A stretch of 64,000 nt of DNA from an uncultured Acidobacteriota bacterium (GCA_963700145.1 OY969474.1:1120001-1184000); one strand, 5' to 3'. Shown: positions 8,324 to 17,987, counted from the stretch's first letter. Numbers and translations: made by a program. Notes: generated from the letters alone by a model not told the origin.

Positions 8324-10150
8324 TCACCGGCCGAGCAGCCGCGGCAAGCCGAGGCTCAGCGCCGGGAAGTAGGTGATCAGCAGCACGCCGGCGCCGAGGA
8401 TCGCCAGAAACGGCAGGACGTGGCGGTAGAGTTCCGGCAATGGCTTGCCGAACCGCGACGAGGAGAGGAAGAGGTTGAGGCCCACCGGCGGGAAGAGGAA
8501 GCCCAGCTCCAGGTTGGCGAGGAAGATGACCCCGAGGTGGATGGGGTCGATGCCGAAGGCGAGGCCGAGAGGCACGACGAGCGGGGCGAGGATGATGATC
8601 GCCGAGTAGATCTCGAGCACGCTCCCCAGGACGAGCAGGATGACGTTGAGCGCGAGGAGGAAGACGAAGCGCGACTCGACGTGCGTCTGCACCCAGGCCA
8701 GCAGCCGGTCCGGGACCTGGGCGTCGACGAGATAGCTGGTCAGCCCGAGCGCCGAGGCGAGGAGGATGAGGACGGCACCGGTCAGGACCGTCGACTTGAC
8801 GAGCGCCTGCGGCAGGCCGCGCCGCGGCTGGAGGTCGCGCGTCAGCAGCCACTCGACGAGGATGGCGTAGAGCAGCGCCGCGGCGGCGGTCTCGACCAGG
8901 CTGGTGAGGCCGGAGAGGAAGAGCGCCACGACGACGACCGGCAGGAGCAGCTCCCACTTCGCCGCCCACGCCGAGCGCCCCAGCTCGCCCCAGGCGAAGC
9001 GCTGGCGCGGCGCGCCGCTCTTGACGCCCGCCCAGATCCCGTAGAGGGCGACGAGGACGACCAGCAGCAGCCCGGGCAGCAGGCCGGCCAGGTACAGCTG
9101 GTCGGCGGGCGCGCTCATCTCGCGGCTGCCGGCGACGACGCTGTAGAGGATGACCGGCAGGCTCGGCGGGAAGAGCAGGCCGAGGCTGCCGGCGGCGGTG
9201 ACGAGGCCGAGGGAGAAGCCCTCCGAATATCCCTCCTCGCGCAACATGGGATAGACCAGGCCGCCGAGGGCGATGATCGTCACCCCCGACCCGCCGGTGA
9301 AGGTGGTGAAGAGAGCGCACACCGCGGCGACCATCACCGCGACGCCGCCCGGCATCCAGCCGAAGAGGGCGCGGAAGAAGCGCACCAGGCGCGAGGAGGC
9401 GCGGCTCTCGGCGAGGACGTAGCCGCAGGCGGTCAGCAGCGGGATCGCCGGCAGGGTGGGCGAGGCGATGAGGCGGTAGATCTCGGCCGGCACCGCCGAC
9501 ACCGGGACGCCGTCCTTGAAGAAGAGGACGAGCGCGATGCCGCCCATGGCGGTGAAGACCGGCGCGCCGAGCAGCGCCGCGGCGAGCACCAGGAGCGCCA
9601 ACGGCCAAGCGAGCGCCGTGGCGCGGGCGGCGAGCAGGGCCAACGCGAAGACGCCGCTGGCGGCGGCCACGGCCGCCAGCCTCCCCCACCAGCCCTCCGC
9701 GGCCCGCCAGGCGAAGCGCAGGGCGATCAGCGCCAGCGCCAGCGGCATGACGCACTCGGAGACCCATTCCGGCACGCCGCCGGGGAGGACCTTGCCCTGC
9801 TCGCGGTCGGCGAGGACGACCTGCCAGGCACCGTAGGCGAGCACCGCCGCCACCGCCGCGGCGACGCTGCCGCCGAGGAGGGCCGCCGCCCGCCGCCAGC
9901 GTCCCTCGCCGAACAGCTCGGAGGTGGAGAGCGTCAGGTGCGCGCCCTCGCGCGTGGCGAGCAGGCCGCCCAAGAAGGCCAGCCAGAGCGTGAGCTGCTG
10001 GAGGTAGGGAGCGCCGCCGGGGACGTGGAAGCCGCCGAGCGGCCGCCCGACGGCGTCGATCAGCGGCAGGGCCATCGCGGCGAGCAGCGCCGCGGCCAGG
10101 ACCGCCTCCTCGGCGCGATGCAGGAAGCGGGTGGGCGCGGCGGGGCTCAC
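8324..10150 (-). CDS. dctM: TRAP transporter fused small+large permease (DctQ-M)
   Basis: GTG 10150 overlaps the dctP stop (GTGA); many TM segments; AIPLL, LGLLFPPS, FGIDPIHLGVIFLANLELG and PPVGLNLF motifs. Confidence 0.9.
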   Translation of the reverse strand: MSPAAPTRFLHRAEEAVLAAALLAAMALPLIDAVGRPLGGFHVPGGAPYLQQLTLWLAFLGGLLATREGAHLTLSTSELFGEGRWRRAAALLGGSVAAAVAAVLAYGAWQVVLADREQGKVLPGGVPEWVSECVMPLALALIALRFAWRAAEGWWGRLAAVAAASGVFALALLAARATALAWPLALLVLAAALLGAPVFTAMGGIALVLFFKDGVPVSAVPAEIYRLIASPTLPAIPLLTACGYVLAESRASSRLVRFFRALFGWMPGGVAVMVAAVCALFTTFTGGSGVTIIALGGLVYPMLREEGYSEGFSLGLVTAAGSLGLLFPPSLPVILYSVVAGSREMSAPADQLYLAGLLPGLLLVVLVALYGIWAGVKSGAPRQRFAWGELGRSAWAAKWELLLPVVVVALFLSGLTSLVETAAAALLYAILVEWLLTRDLQPRRGLPQALVKSTVLTGAVLILLASALGLTSYLVDAQVPDRLLAWVQTHVESRFVFLLALNVILLVLGSVLEIYSAIIILAPLVVPLGLAFGIDPIHLGVIFLANLELGFLFPPVGLNLFLSSSRFGKPLPELYRHVLPFLAILGAGVLLITYFPALSLGLPRLLGR

Positions 10151-11181
10151 CGCCCTGGCGCGGCCTTGTGGGCGGCGCGGTAGGCGTCGCGGGCGCGCAT
10201 CGCCTCGTCGAAGGCGTCCGCGGGCACGATGAGGCCGCGGGCTTTCGGGTACAGCCCCTCGATCAGCTGCCGCCACTGCCGGCGCGCGGCGGCATCCACC
10301 GGCACCACCGTCAGGCCGCGCTTCTTCATCGCCTCGATGTCGCGGCCGGCCCCGGCCTTGATCTCCTCGCGCAGGCGCCGGCCGGCCTTCTCGGCCGCGG
10401 CGCGGAGCTTCCCCTGCACGTCGGCGGGCACCTTGTCCCAGGTGCCCTTGTCGACCACGACGGCGCCCAGGAGGATCTGCCAATCCAGATCGGTCATGTA
10501 CTTGGTGTGGGTGTAGTACTGCGCGATGAGCGCGACCCCCGGCGGCGTGCCGAAGGCCTGCACCAGGCCGGTCTGCAGCGCCGTGGCGAGCTCGGTCGAA
10601 GGCAGCGGCACCGGATTGAAGCGCGCCGCCTTGAGCAGCTCGACCGCCTCGGCGTTGCCCGACCAGGTGAACAGCTTGAGGGCGCGCAGGTCGTCCGGCG
10701 TCGCCACCGGTTTCTTGCTGAAGAAGCGCACCCAGCCGCCGTCCGCCCAGGCGAGGACGACGAAGCCCTTGGCCTGGAGCTTGGCTTCGATCCCCGGGCG
10801 CATCCGCTGCAGGACGCCGTAGACCTCGTCGTACGAGTCGTACATGAGCGGCACGCCGAGGGCGTAGACCGTCTCGTCGATCCGCCCCAGGCCGGCGGAG
10901 GTCAGCACGCCGGCGTTGAGCGTGCCGAGCCGCATCTTGCGCACCACGTCCGGGTCGTCCCCGGCCACGCCGCCCGGATAGAGGCGCACGACGACGCGCC
11001 CGCCCGAGGCGGTCTTCCACTCCTCGGCCATCTCCTGGAGGATGCGGTGCCACGACGAGCCCTGCGGCACGAGCGTCGCCATCTTGATGGTCAGCGGCTG
11101 CGCCGCGGCCGACGAACCCCAGGCCGCAGCGAGGGCGAGGGCGACGAGGACGATGCGGGCGATGCGGCGCGGCGCGGTCAT
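10147..11181 (-). CDS. dctP: TRAP transporter substrate-binding protein DctP (TatP-like)
   Basis: Signal peptide; IKMATLVPQGSSW, LYPGGVAGD and ALQTGLV motifs. Confidence 0.9.
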   Translation of the reverse strand: MTAPRRIARIVLVALALAAAWGSSAAAQPLTIKMATLVPQGSSWHRILQEMAEEWKTASGGRVVVRLYPGGVAGDDPDVVRKMRLGTLNAGVLTSAGLGRIDETVYALGVPLMYDSYDEVYGVLQRMRPGIEAKLQAKGFVVLAWADGGWVRFFSKKPVATPDDLRALKLFTWSGNAEAVELLKAARFNPVPLPSTELATALQTGLVQAFGTPPGVALIAQYYTHTKYMTDLDWQILLGAVVVDKGTWDKVPADVQGKLRAAAEKAGRRLREEIKAGAGRDIEAMKKRGLTVVPVDAAARRQWRQLIEGLYPKARGLIVPADAFDEAMRARDAYRAAHKAAPGR

Positions 11182-12119
11182 TCGATGAACAGCTCCTCCG
11201 TGCGCTCGAGCAGCCAGCGGGCGCGGCGCTGGGCGAGCACGTTCGCCAGCCGCAACTCGGGCACGGCGTCGGGGTCGAGCGCGAGTGCCTGCCGCAGCAG
11301 GCGTTCGAACTCGGCGCGGTCCTGGGTGGCGACGGCCACGGTCTCGGCCCAGCTCACGAGCGGCCCGGCCCTCTTGCCCTGCGACAGCGCCAGGGCGCGC
11401 TCGAAGTGCTCCCGCGCCCTTGCAAGGGAGCCGCCCACCGAGGCCCGGGAGCCCTCGTAGACCAGGAAGAACTCGTGCAAGGCGCCCTCCTCGTAGCCCT
11501 CGTCCAGCGCCAGGGCGCGGCGCATCATCGCCTCGACGGCGCCCAGGTCGGCGGTGAGCTCGCCGTCCTCCTTGGCCAGCGCGATGGCCGCCGCCCAGGC
11601 AGCGGCCGTCCAGTAGAGCGGCGGCACGTGCTCCTTCCGGAGCCCGGCGAGCGCCGCCGCGGCGGCGCCGGGATCGGCCTGCAGCCGGGCGCGCAGGCCG
11701 GGCGCGTCGAGCTCCAGCGCGCGGAAGCCGTACCCCAGGGCGCGCAGGTAGAGGCGCCGCGCCCGGGCCCGCAGCTCGGTCGCCCGCGCCAGGTCCCGCG
11801 CCTCGACGAAGTCGGCCTCCTGCTGCACGAAGGCGTAGGCGTACTGCGTGAACCCGCTGGCGGCCGCGAGCAGCAGCTCCCGGTTACGCGGGTCGGCCGC
11901 GAGGAGGGCCTCGATCGTCTTGAGAGTGAACGGCAGCGCCCCGGCCACCAGCTCGGGGTCGTCGTCGGAAGCGTAGACGTCGCCGCCGCCCGCGAGCGCG
12001 CTGCCGAGGGAGCGGATCGCCAGCCGCCGCACCGAGCAGCCAGCCAGCGCCAGCGCGACGGCCGCCAGGAGCGCGCAGCGCCACAGCGTGCCCCCCACCG
12101 CTGCTCCGGCACCCGCCAT
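11178..12119 (-). CDS. TRAP transporter TatT component (TPAT) lipoprotein
   Basis: Lipobox LAGC; DDDPELVAGALPFTLK and FTQYAYAFV motifs; TPR-like helices; directly upstream of dctP-dctQM. Confidence 0.85.
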   Translation of the reverse strand: MAGAGAAVGGTLWRCALLAAVALALAGCSVRRLAIRSLGSALAGGGDVYASDDDPELVAGALPFTLKTIEALLAADPRNRELLLAAASGFTQYAYAFVQQEADFVEARDLARATELRARARRLYLRALGYGFRALELDAPGLRARLQADPGAAAAALAGLRKEHVPPLYWTAAAWAAAIALAKEDGELTADLGAVEAMMRRALALDEGYEEGALHEFFLVYEGSRASVGGSLARAREHFERALALSQGKRAGPLVSWAETVAVATQDRAEFERLLRQALALDPDAVPELRLANVLAQRRARWLLERTEELFIE

Positions 12120-12164
12120 GGGCGGATTATCCCAGAAGGCGGCCTCCGCGGCGGAGGCGGGGGA

Positions 12165-13091
12165 TCAGGCCTGAGACCTGAGATATTTCATCCCCGAGTC
12201 GCACGCGACGGTGACGATCGTCGCGTCGCCTCCGAGCTGTTCGGCCAGCCGCAACGCGGCCACGACGTTCGCGCCGGTCGACGTCCCGGCGAAAACGCCG
12301 TCCTCCAGGGCCAGCCGGCGAGTCATGCCGACGGCCTCTTCGGTTGAAACGGATTCGATCTGGTCTGCGATGCCGTCGTGCCAGAGCGGCACGACGAACC
12401 CCGCTCCGATGCCGTCGATCTTGTGACCGCCCGGCTCGCCGCCCGACAGGACCGCGGACTCGGCAGGCTCCACGGCGACGATCCGGATTCGTTCCTTGCG
12501 GCGGCGTAGGCCCTCCGCCGTTCCCCGGAGGGACGCCGCGGTCCCGACGCTCTGCACGAAGGCGTCGATCCTTCCGCCGATCTGGCCCCAGATCTCCTCG
12601 GCCATCTTGTGATACGCCATCAGCTGATCGGTGTTCTTCAACTGATCGGTCCAGAAGCCTCCCGTCTCTTCCGCGATGACGCGGGCCGCTTCGATCATGT
12701 CCCGGGTGAGCTTCTCCGTCATCCGCCCGCCGTCGCTCGGCAGAATCTGCAGCCTCGCCCCGAGGATTGCCATGTGATCGAGCTTTTCCTGGGCGAACGC
12801 ATCGGACGTCACGAGATAGAGAGGATGGCGCTTCACGGCGCAGATCAGGGCCAGCGAGACGCCCGTGCTGCCGGCCGTGTATTCGACCACCGCACCATCC
12901 GGCCGGAGGCGCCCGTCCGCCTCCGCCGCCTCGATCATGGCAAGCGCCATCCGGTCCTTCATGCTGCCGGTAGGGTTCTCGTCCTCCAGCTTCAGCAGGA
13001 TGCGCGCCCCGTTCTCCGGCACGACGTGGCGCAATGCCAGCAACGAGGTGTTGCCGACGCAATGCAGGATGTCCGGCCGCACGTCACTCAT
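12165..13091 (-). CDS. PLP-dependent cysteine synthase family protein
   Basis: KLEDENPTGSMKDRMA, EYTAGSTG, VGTA, HKIDGIGAG and CDSGMKY motifs; codon usage less GC-rich than neighbours. Confidence 0.9.
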   Translation of the reverse strand: MSDVRPDILHCVGNTSLLALRHVVPENGARILLKLEDENPTGSMKDRMALAMIEAAEADGRLRPDGAVVEYTAGSTGVSLALICAVKRHPLYLVTSDAFAQEKLDHMAILGARLQILPSDGGRMTEKLTRDMIEAARVIAEETGGFWTDQLKNTDQLMAYHKMAEEIWGQIGGRIDAFVQSVGTAASLRGTAEGLRRRKERIRIVAVEPAESAVLSGGEPGGHKIDGIGAGFVVPLWHDGIADQIESVSTEEAVGMTRRLALEDGVFAGTSTGANVVAALRLAEQLGGDATIVTVACDSGMKYLRSQA

Positions 13092-13131
13092 GCTGCGCTC
13101 GACGGCCTATCTGATTTCGAACGTGAAAGCC

Positions 13132-13214
13132 TGCCGGAGGTGGGATTCGAACCCACACGCCCTTGCAGGCGGGAGATTTTAAGTCTCCTGCGTCTGCCGT
13201 TCCGCCACTCCGGC
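13132..13214 (-). tRNA. tRNA-Leu(UAA), CCA not encoded
   Basis: GCCGGAGTGGCGGAACGGCAGACGCAGGAGACTTAAAATCTCCCGCCTGCAAGGGCGTGTGGGTTCGAATCCCACCTCCGGCA: acceptor stem, TAA anticodon, long variable arm, GTTCGAATC T-loop. Confidence 0.95.
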
Positions 13215-13227
13215 CCGATCGGCGATT

Positions 13228-14361
13228 CTAGGCTACCCACAGATTGTTGACGAAGCGGACGACGAGGTACGCCTGGAGGAGGAGCGCGCCCGCGAGGTAG
13301 CCGTACCAGAGGATGGGGCGGCGGCGCAGGGCGAGGAGCGGGCGGGCGATCGGGAAGAGGACGAGCGCGTAGCGCCCGGCCGCCAGCAGGCTGCCGCTGC
13401 CCACGACCAGCAGGGCCCCCGCCGCGACGTAGAGGCCCTCCGCCACGGCGCCGCGCCGGAAGCACCAGACCGCCGCGACGATTAGGAACACCACCGCCAG
13501 GAGGTCCACCGCCGGACCGAGATGGAGCAATCCGCGCTCGCGCAGGTTCTCGCCGATCAGACCGAGCGACCGCCCAAGCCCGGAAAGCCCCGGGGCGCGG
13601 GCCCAGCCACTGCGCTGCGCGTGGAGATAGAGGAGCGGGTCGCCGAAGCGCGCGGCGAGCCAGGCGAAGTACGCCGCCACGCCGGCGGCCGGGGCGAGCG
13701 CCGCCACGCCGGCGAAGAGCGGGCTCCGCCGCCCCTGCGGCTGCTGACCGCGCGCCTCCCGCCAGGCGATCCAGAGGAGGGGCGGGACGAGCGCCAGCGC
13801 GTGGATGCGCGTCAGCCCGGCCAGCAGCCCGAGGAGCGCCACGAGCGCCCAGCGCCGCCGGCGGGCGGCGGCGAAGACCCCCAGCGCCAGCGCCAGGAAG
13901 AGCGACTCGGTGTACGGCGCGAGGAGGTAGAAGGCCCAGGGGAAGGCGAGGAGCGCGACGACCGCGTCGCGCGGGCTTCCCTCCCCCCACTCGCGCGCGA
14001 CGTGCGCCGCGAGCAGCGCGACGGCAGCGAAGAAGGCGAGATGCGCGAGGAGGAGCCCGGCCCAGAACAGCGGCACGCCGGCCCACCAGAGCGGCCGCCA
14101 GAGCAGCGGGTAGAGCGGGAAGAGCATGACGTTGCCGACCCCGCGCGCCGCGTCCCAGGTGTAGCCCTCCTTCGCCACCGACCGGTACCAACCGGCGTCG
14201 AAGCGCGCCAGCGGCGGCGCCTCCGCCAGCGCCTCGGCGTCCCAGTCGGGACGCAGCGGCGAGGTCATCCGCCCCTCGCCCCAGGCCGCGAGGCCGTGCA
14301 CGCAGGCCGCGTAGACGACCGCCGCGAGCAGGGCGCGGCGGGCCTCGCGGAAGGACGGCAT
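13228..14361 (-). CDS. PIG-V-like (GT-C) mannosyltransferase family membrane protein
   Basis: ATG 14361; RFDAGWY, FPLYPLL, YTESLFLAL and GRYALVLFP motifs; multiple TMs. Confidence 0.85.
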   Translation of the reverse strand: MPSFREARRALLAAVVYAACVHGLAAWGEGRMTSPLRPDWDAEALAEAPPLARFDAGWYRSVAKEGYTWDAARGVGNVMLFPLYPLLWRPLWWAGVPLFWAGLLLAHLAFFAAVALLAAHVAREWGEGSPRDAVVALLAFPWAFYLLAPYTESLFLALALGVFAAARRRRWALVALLGLLAGLTRIHALALVPPLLWIAWREARGQQPQGRRSPLFAGVAALAPAAGVAAYFAWLAARFGDPLLYLHAQRSGWARAPGLSGLGRSLGLIGENLRERGLLHLGPAVDLLAVVFLIVAAVWCFRRGAVAEGLYVAAGALLVVGSGSLLAAGRYALVLFPIARPLLALRRRPILWYGYLAGALLLQAYLVVRFVNNLWVA

Positions 14362-14372
14362 CCGGGCCGGCG

Positions 14373-15920
14373 CTACGGCGTAGCGGCGCCGACCAGCGCC
14401 TCGAGCGCCGCGCGGTCGCCGCGCTCCATCGCCAGCTCCGCGCGCAGGCTGTCCTGGTCGCGGAACACGGTGGCCACCGCCCGCACCTCGCCGCCGAGGC
14501 GGAAAGCCGCCGTCGCGCTGCGCTCCGCCAGCGAGCCCGCGAGGTCGATGCGGTCCCACTTCGTCGCGTGGCCGACGTAGGAGATCGTGACGTCGTAGTG
14601 CTGGCTCCAGAAGAAGGGCGCGTCGGTGAAGGGCCGGCGGCGGCCGAGGAGGTTGCGCGCCGCGGCCTGTCCCTGCCGCTCGGCGGCCACCCAGTGCTCG
14701 ACGCGGAGGCTCTCACCCGAGCGCGGATCGGGGTAGCGGGCGAGGTCCCCGGCCGCGAAAATGCCGGGGGCGCTGGTCTCGAGGAACGCGTCGACGACGA
14801 TGCCGTTGTCCACCCGCAAGCCGGCGCGCTCGGCGAGCGCCACCGCCGGCCGCACGCCGATGCCGGCCACCACGAGATCGGCGGGCAGGCGCTCGCCGCT
14901 CTGCAGGGTGACGTCGGCCTCGCCGATGGCGGCGGCGGTCTGGCCGAGCCGGAAGCCCACGCCCTTCTCCTCGTGCAATCCGCGCACGAAGTCGCCCAGC
15001 TCTTCTCCCAGGACGCGCTCGAGTGGGCGCTTTTCCGGCGCCACCACGACGACTTCGAGCCCGCGCGCGCGCAGCGACGCGGCGACCTCGAGGCCGATGA
15101 AGCTGGCGCCGAGGACGACGGCCCGCCGCGCCGCCCCGGCGCGGGCGATGATCGCCCGCGAGTCGGCCAGCGAGCGGAGGTAGAGAAGGCGCTCGGCGCC
15201 CGGGAGGTCGAGGCGCACCGGCTCGGCGCCGAGGGCGAGGAGCAGCCCGTCGAAGGCGAGGTCCTCGCCGCCGGCGAGCTGCAGGCGGCGGCCCGCGACG
15301 TCGAGCGCGGCGATCTCGCGGCCGAGCCGCAGCTCGATTTCCTGCTCGGCGTAGAACTCCCGCGAGCGCAGCGGGATCCACTCCTCGGGGGCGGTGCCCG
15401 CGAGGTAGTCCTTCGACAGGTTGGGGCGGTCGTACGGGACGTCCTCCTCGCGCCCCACCAGCACGATGCGGCCGCCGTACCCCTCGCGGCGCAGCATCTC
15501 GGCGGCGGCGTTGCCCGCCCCGCCGGCGCCGGCGATGACGATCGAAGCCGGTCCGCCCGGCCGCCGCGGGCGCGGCGACGGCGGCAGCTTCTCGCCGACG
15601 CGGACCCGGTCGCCCTCGCGCACGACCGCGTAGCGCGGGAGGTCGTTGAGGGCCGGCGCGCCGATCGCCTCGCCGGTGCGAACGGCGAAGCAGGCGTGGT
15701 GCCACGGGCAGCGCAGCATCTCGCCGGCCAGCAGGCCGTCGGCAAGCGGCGCGCCGTAGTGCGTGCAGTGCGCGCCGAGCGCGAAGACCTCCTCGCCGCG
15801 GCGCGCCAGGAGCACCGGCTCGCCGTGGGCGTGACCCTGGAGCAGCACGCCGTCCGCCAGCTCGGCGAGCGCGACGCCCGCCGCGAGATCGGGTCCGGAG
15901 AGCTCCTGCGTTCCGCTCAC
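14373..15920 (-). CDS. Rieske 2Fe-2S + FAD/NAD(P)-dependent oxidoreductase fusion (ferredoxin-reductase/AIF-like)
   Basis: GTG 15920; CTHYG...CPWHH Rieske ligands; GAGGAG, YDRPNLSK, GASFIGLE and FFWSQHY motifs. Confidence 0.92.
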   Translation of the reverse strand: MSGTQELSGPDLAAGVALAELADGVLLQGHAHGEPVLLARRGEEVFALGAHCTHYGAPLADGLLAGEMLRCPWHHACFAVRTGEAIGAPALNDLPRYAVVREGDRVRVGEKLPPSPRPRRPGGPASIVIAGAGGAGNAAAEMLRREGYGGRIVLVGREEDVPYDRPNLSKDYLAGTAPEEWIPLRSREFYAEQEIELRLGREIAALDVAGRRLQLAGGEDLAFDGLLLALGAEPVRLDLPGAERLLYLRSLADSRAIIARAGAARRAVVLGASFIGLEVAASLRARGLEVVVVAPEKRPLERVLGEELGDFVRGLHEEKGVGFRLGQTAAAIGEADVTLQSGERLPADLVVAGIGVRPAVALAERAGLRVDNGIVVDAFLETSAPGIFAAGDLARYPDPRSGESLRVEHWVAAERQGQAAARNLLGRRRPFTDAPFFWSQHYDVTISYVGHATKWDRIDLAGSLAERSATAAFRLGGEVRAVATVFRDQDSLRAELAMERGDRAALEALVGAATP

Positions 15921-16522
15921 GGCGGCCCCTTGCGCAGCAGGACGTGGCGGTAGGGGCCGCGAGCCGGCTCGTCGCGCTCGACGGCGAGCGGCGCGGCGGC
16001 GGCGGCGAGGATCTCCCCCAGCCGGCGGTTGGTGCTGGTGAAGACGACGTCGAGCGCGGCCAGGGCGGCGCGGCGCAGCGGGCCGGGGCGCCGCCCCTCG
16101 GGAAGGAACTTGTCGAAGACGGCGATCCGCCCGCCGGGGCGGAGGACGCGCGCCGCCTCGGCCAGGCAGCGCGCCGGGTCGCGGAAGACCTCCAGCACCA
16201 TGTGCAGGATTGCGGCGTCGAAGGAGCCGTCGGGGAGCTGGAGGTCGTGGGCGTCCATCACCCGCAGCTCGATGCCGGGGCGGGCCCGCTCGCGCGCCTG
16301 CTCGAGCATCGCCGGGGTGAGGTCGGTCGCCACCACCTCGACGTCGGCGGGCAGGAAGGGGAGGTCGGCGCCGGTGCCGGCGCCGATCAACAGGACGCGC
16401 TCGCCGGGGCGCAGCCCGAGCAGTGCGATCGAGCGCCGGCGCTCGGCGTGGAACTTGGTGACGCGGTCGTAGAGCGGCGCCTGGAGGGTGTAGCGGAAGC
16501 GGTACCAAGCGTTGCTTGCCAC
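15917..16522 (-). CDS. Class I SAM-dependent methyltransferase (PmtA/UbiE-like)
   Basis: VLLIGAGTG motif I; DLTPAML; EAARVLRPGG; stop overlaps the next start (GTGA). Confidence 0.85.
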   Translation of the reverse strand: MASNAWYRFRYTLQAPLYDRVTKFHAERRRSIALLGLRPGERVLLIGAGTGADLPFLPADVEVVATDLTPAMLEQARERARPGIELRVMDAHDLQLPDGSFDAAILHMVLEVFRDPARCLAEAARVLRPGGRIAVFDKFLPEGRRPGPLRRAALAALDVVFTSTNRRLGEILAAAAAPLAVERDEPARGPYRHVLLRKGPP

Positions 16523-16559
16523 GCGCGGAGTCTATCCGCGGCGTCGGAGGCGGGCCGCG

Positions 16560-17903
16560 TCAGGCGGCGGGGGGCCCCTGCCAGAGGAGGGTGGCCTGTG
16601 CGAAGGGGTCGAGCGGCGCCAGCTCCATCTCCTCCAGCCGGCGGCGCGCCGCGCCGCTGCGCTCGCCCCCCAGGCGCCGCGCCAGCGCCAGCGCCGCCGC
16701 GGCCTCGGCGCGGCGGAAGCCGCAGAGGTGCGGCGCGGCGGCCCAGCCCGGCTCCGCCCGCTCCCCGGCCGCCGGCGCGGCGAGCTCGGCGCTTTGCCCG
16801 CAGGCGCGGCGGGCCCAGCACTCGGCGCAGTCGGCGAGCCGCGCGTCGCCGGCGGGGACCGTCTCGGCGAGGCGGGACGAGACGATGGGCAGGGCGGCCG
16901 CGGCCCCGCGCGCCGTGGGGTGCGTGCCGCGGGCGCGGTAGGCGCCTCCCGCCGCGGCGCTGCGCAGCAGCCGGCGGGCGACCGAAGTGAGCGGCTGGAG
17001 ATCGAGCGGTGCGCGGTCCCGCTCCAGCTGCGCGGCGCAGCGCTCCGCCAGGGTGAGGAGATCGTCGCCGTAGGCGGCGAGGTCCCGTGCCCGCGGCCCG
17101 TGCGGATGGACGCCGAGCGGCGTGACGTCGACGTGCAAGAGACCGAGCCGCACCGCCCAGCGGACGAGGCTGCGGAGCCGCGCTCCCGGCCCGAGCACCG
17201 CCTGGAAGGTGAGCCGGCCGGGCATCTCCGCGAGCACCCGCCGCACGGCCCGCTCCGCTACCCACCAGCCCGCCGGCGGCGCGGTGTTGGCGGCGCGCGC
17301 CTCGCCGGCCAGCCGCAGGCGGAGCGGGGTGCCGGCAAGGTAGCGGACGATGCTGCTGCTGACCGCCGGCGCCGCCAGCGCCAGCTCCTGCAGCGTCTCG
17401 ATCCCGCTCTCGTAGGCCCGCCGCTCAGCCTCGAGCACCGCCCGGTCGAGCGCCGAGACGGCCGGGAAGGCGCCGCCGCAGGCGAGATGGAGCACGACGC
17501 GCGCCGCCCCCGCCGCCACCGCCGCGTCGAAGACCGCGTCGAGGGCGCCGGCGAGCAGATCCTCCTCCACCGCCAGGTCCACCCGCGCGTGGAGGTCGCC
17601 GTCGAGCAGCAGGCGGCCGGCGGGCGCACGCCCTGCCGGCTCCGCGGTCTCGCCCGCCGCCGGGGCGGCGTACGCCGACTCCGAGGTGATCAGCCCGGCA
17701 CTCACCAGCCAGTCGATGAGCGGCTCGTCGAAGTCGCCGCACTCGAGCGCCGCGGCGAGGTGGAGCCGCAGCTCCTGCGGCACTTCCACCTCCGCCGCCC
17801 GCTCAAGGTCGTAGACCCGGCGGCAGGAGCCGTCGGGTTCGACGAGCGGCTGCAGGGGCCGCAGGCGCAAGGTCCCGGGGAGGGGGATCGAAGCGGTATC
17901 CAT
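16560..17903 (-). CDS. Degenerate radical-SAM/SPASM-like protein lacking the CxxxCxxC motif
   Basis: ATG 17903; RRE-like N-terminus; LHLACGG where GGEP is expected; LGLLHVDVTP; C-terminal CAECWARRACG...HLC SPASM-type cysteines. Confidence 0.55.
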   Translation of the reverse strand: MDTASIPLPGTLRLRPLQPLVEPDGSCRRVYDLERAAEVEVPQELRLHLAAALECGDFDEPLIDWLVSAGLITSESAYAAPAAGETAEPAGRAPAGRLLLDGDLHARVDLAVEEDLLAGALDAVFDAAVAAGAARVVLHLACGGAFPAVSALDRAVLEAERRAYESGIETLQELALAAPAVSSSIVRYLAGTPLRLRLAGEARAANTAPPAGWWVAERAVRRVLAEMPGRLTFQAVLGPGARLRSLVRWAVRLGLLHVDVTPLGVHPHGPRARDLAAYGDDLLTLAERCAAQLERDRAPLDLQPLTSVARRLLRSAAAGGAYRARGTHPTARGAAAALPIVSSRLAETVPAGDARLADCAECWARRACGQSAELAAPAAGERAEPGWAAAPHLCGFRRAEAAAALALARRLGGERSGAARRRLEEMELAPLDPFAQATLLWQGPPAA

Positions 17904-17987
17904 CGACGGCAGGGTTCCAAAGTAGAACCGTTGCCGCTGGGGCCGAAAGGGGGACACCCGGCCGAGAAGTCGTCTATGGCGAAATAG

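Noticed and set aside
12148-12168. attR duplicate of the tRNA-Leu 3' end
   Set aside because: Only about 9 of 10 core bases match in GC-rich DNA and there is no integrase; too weak to call as a feature.
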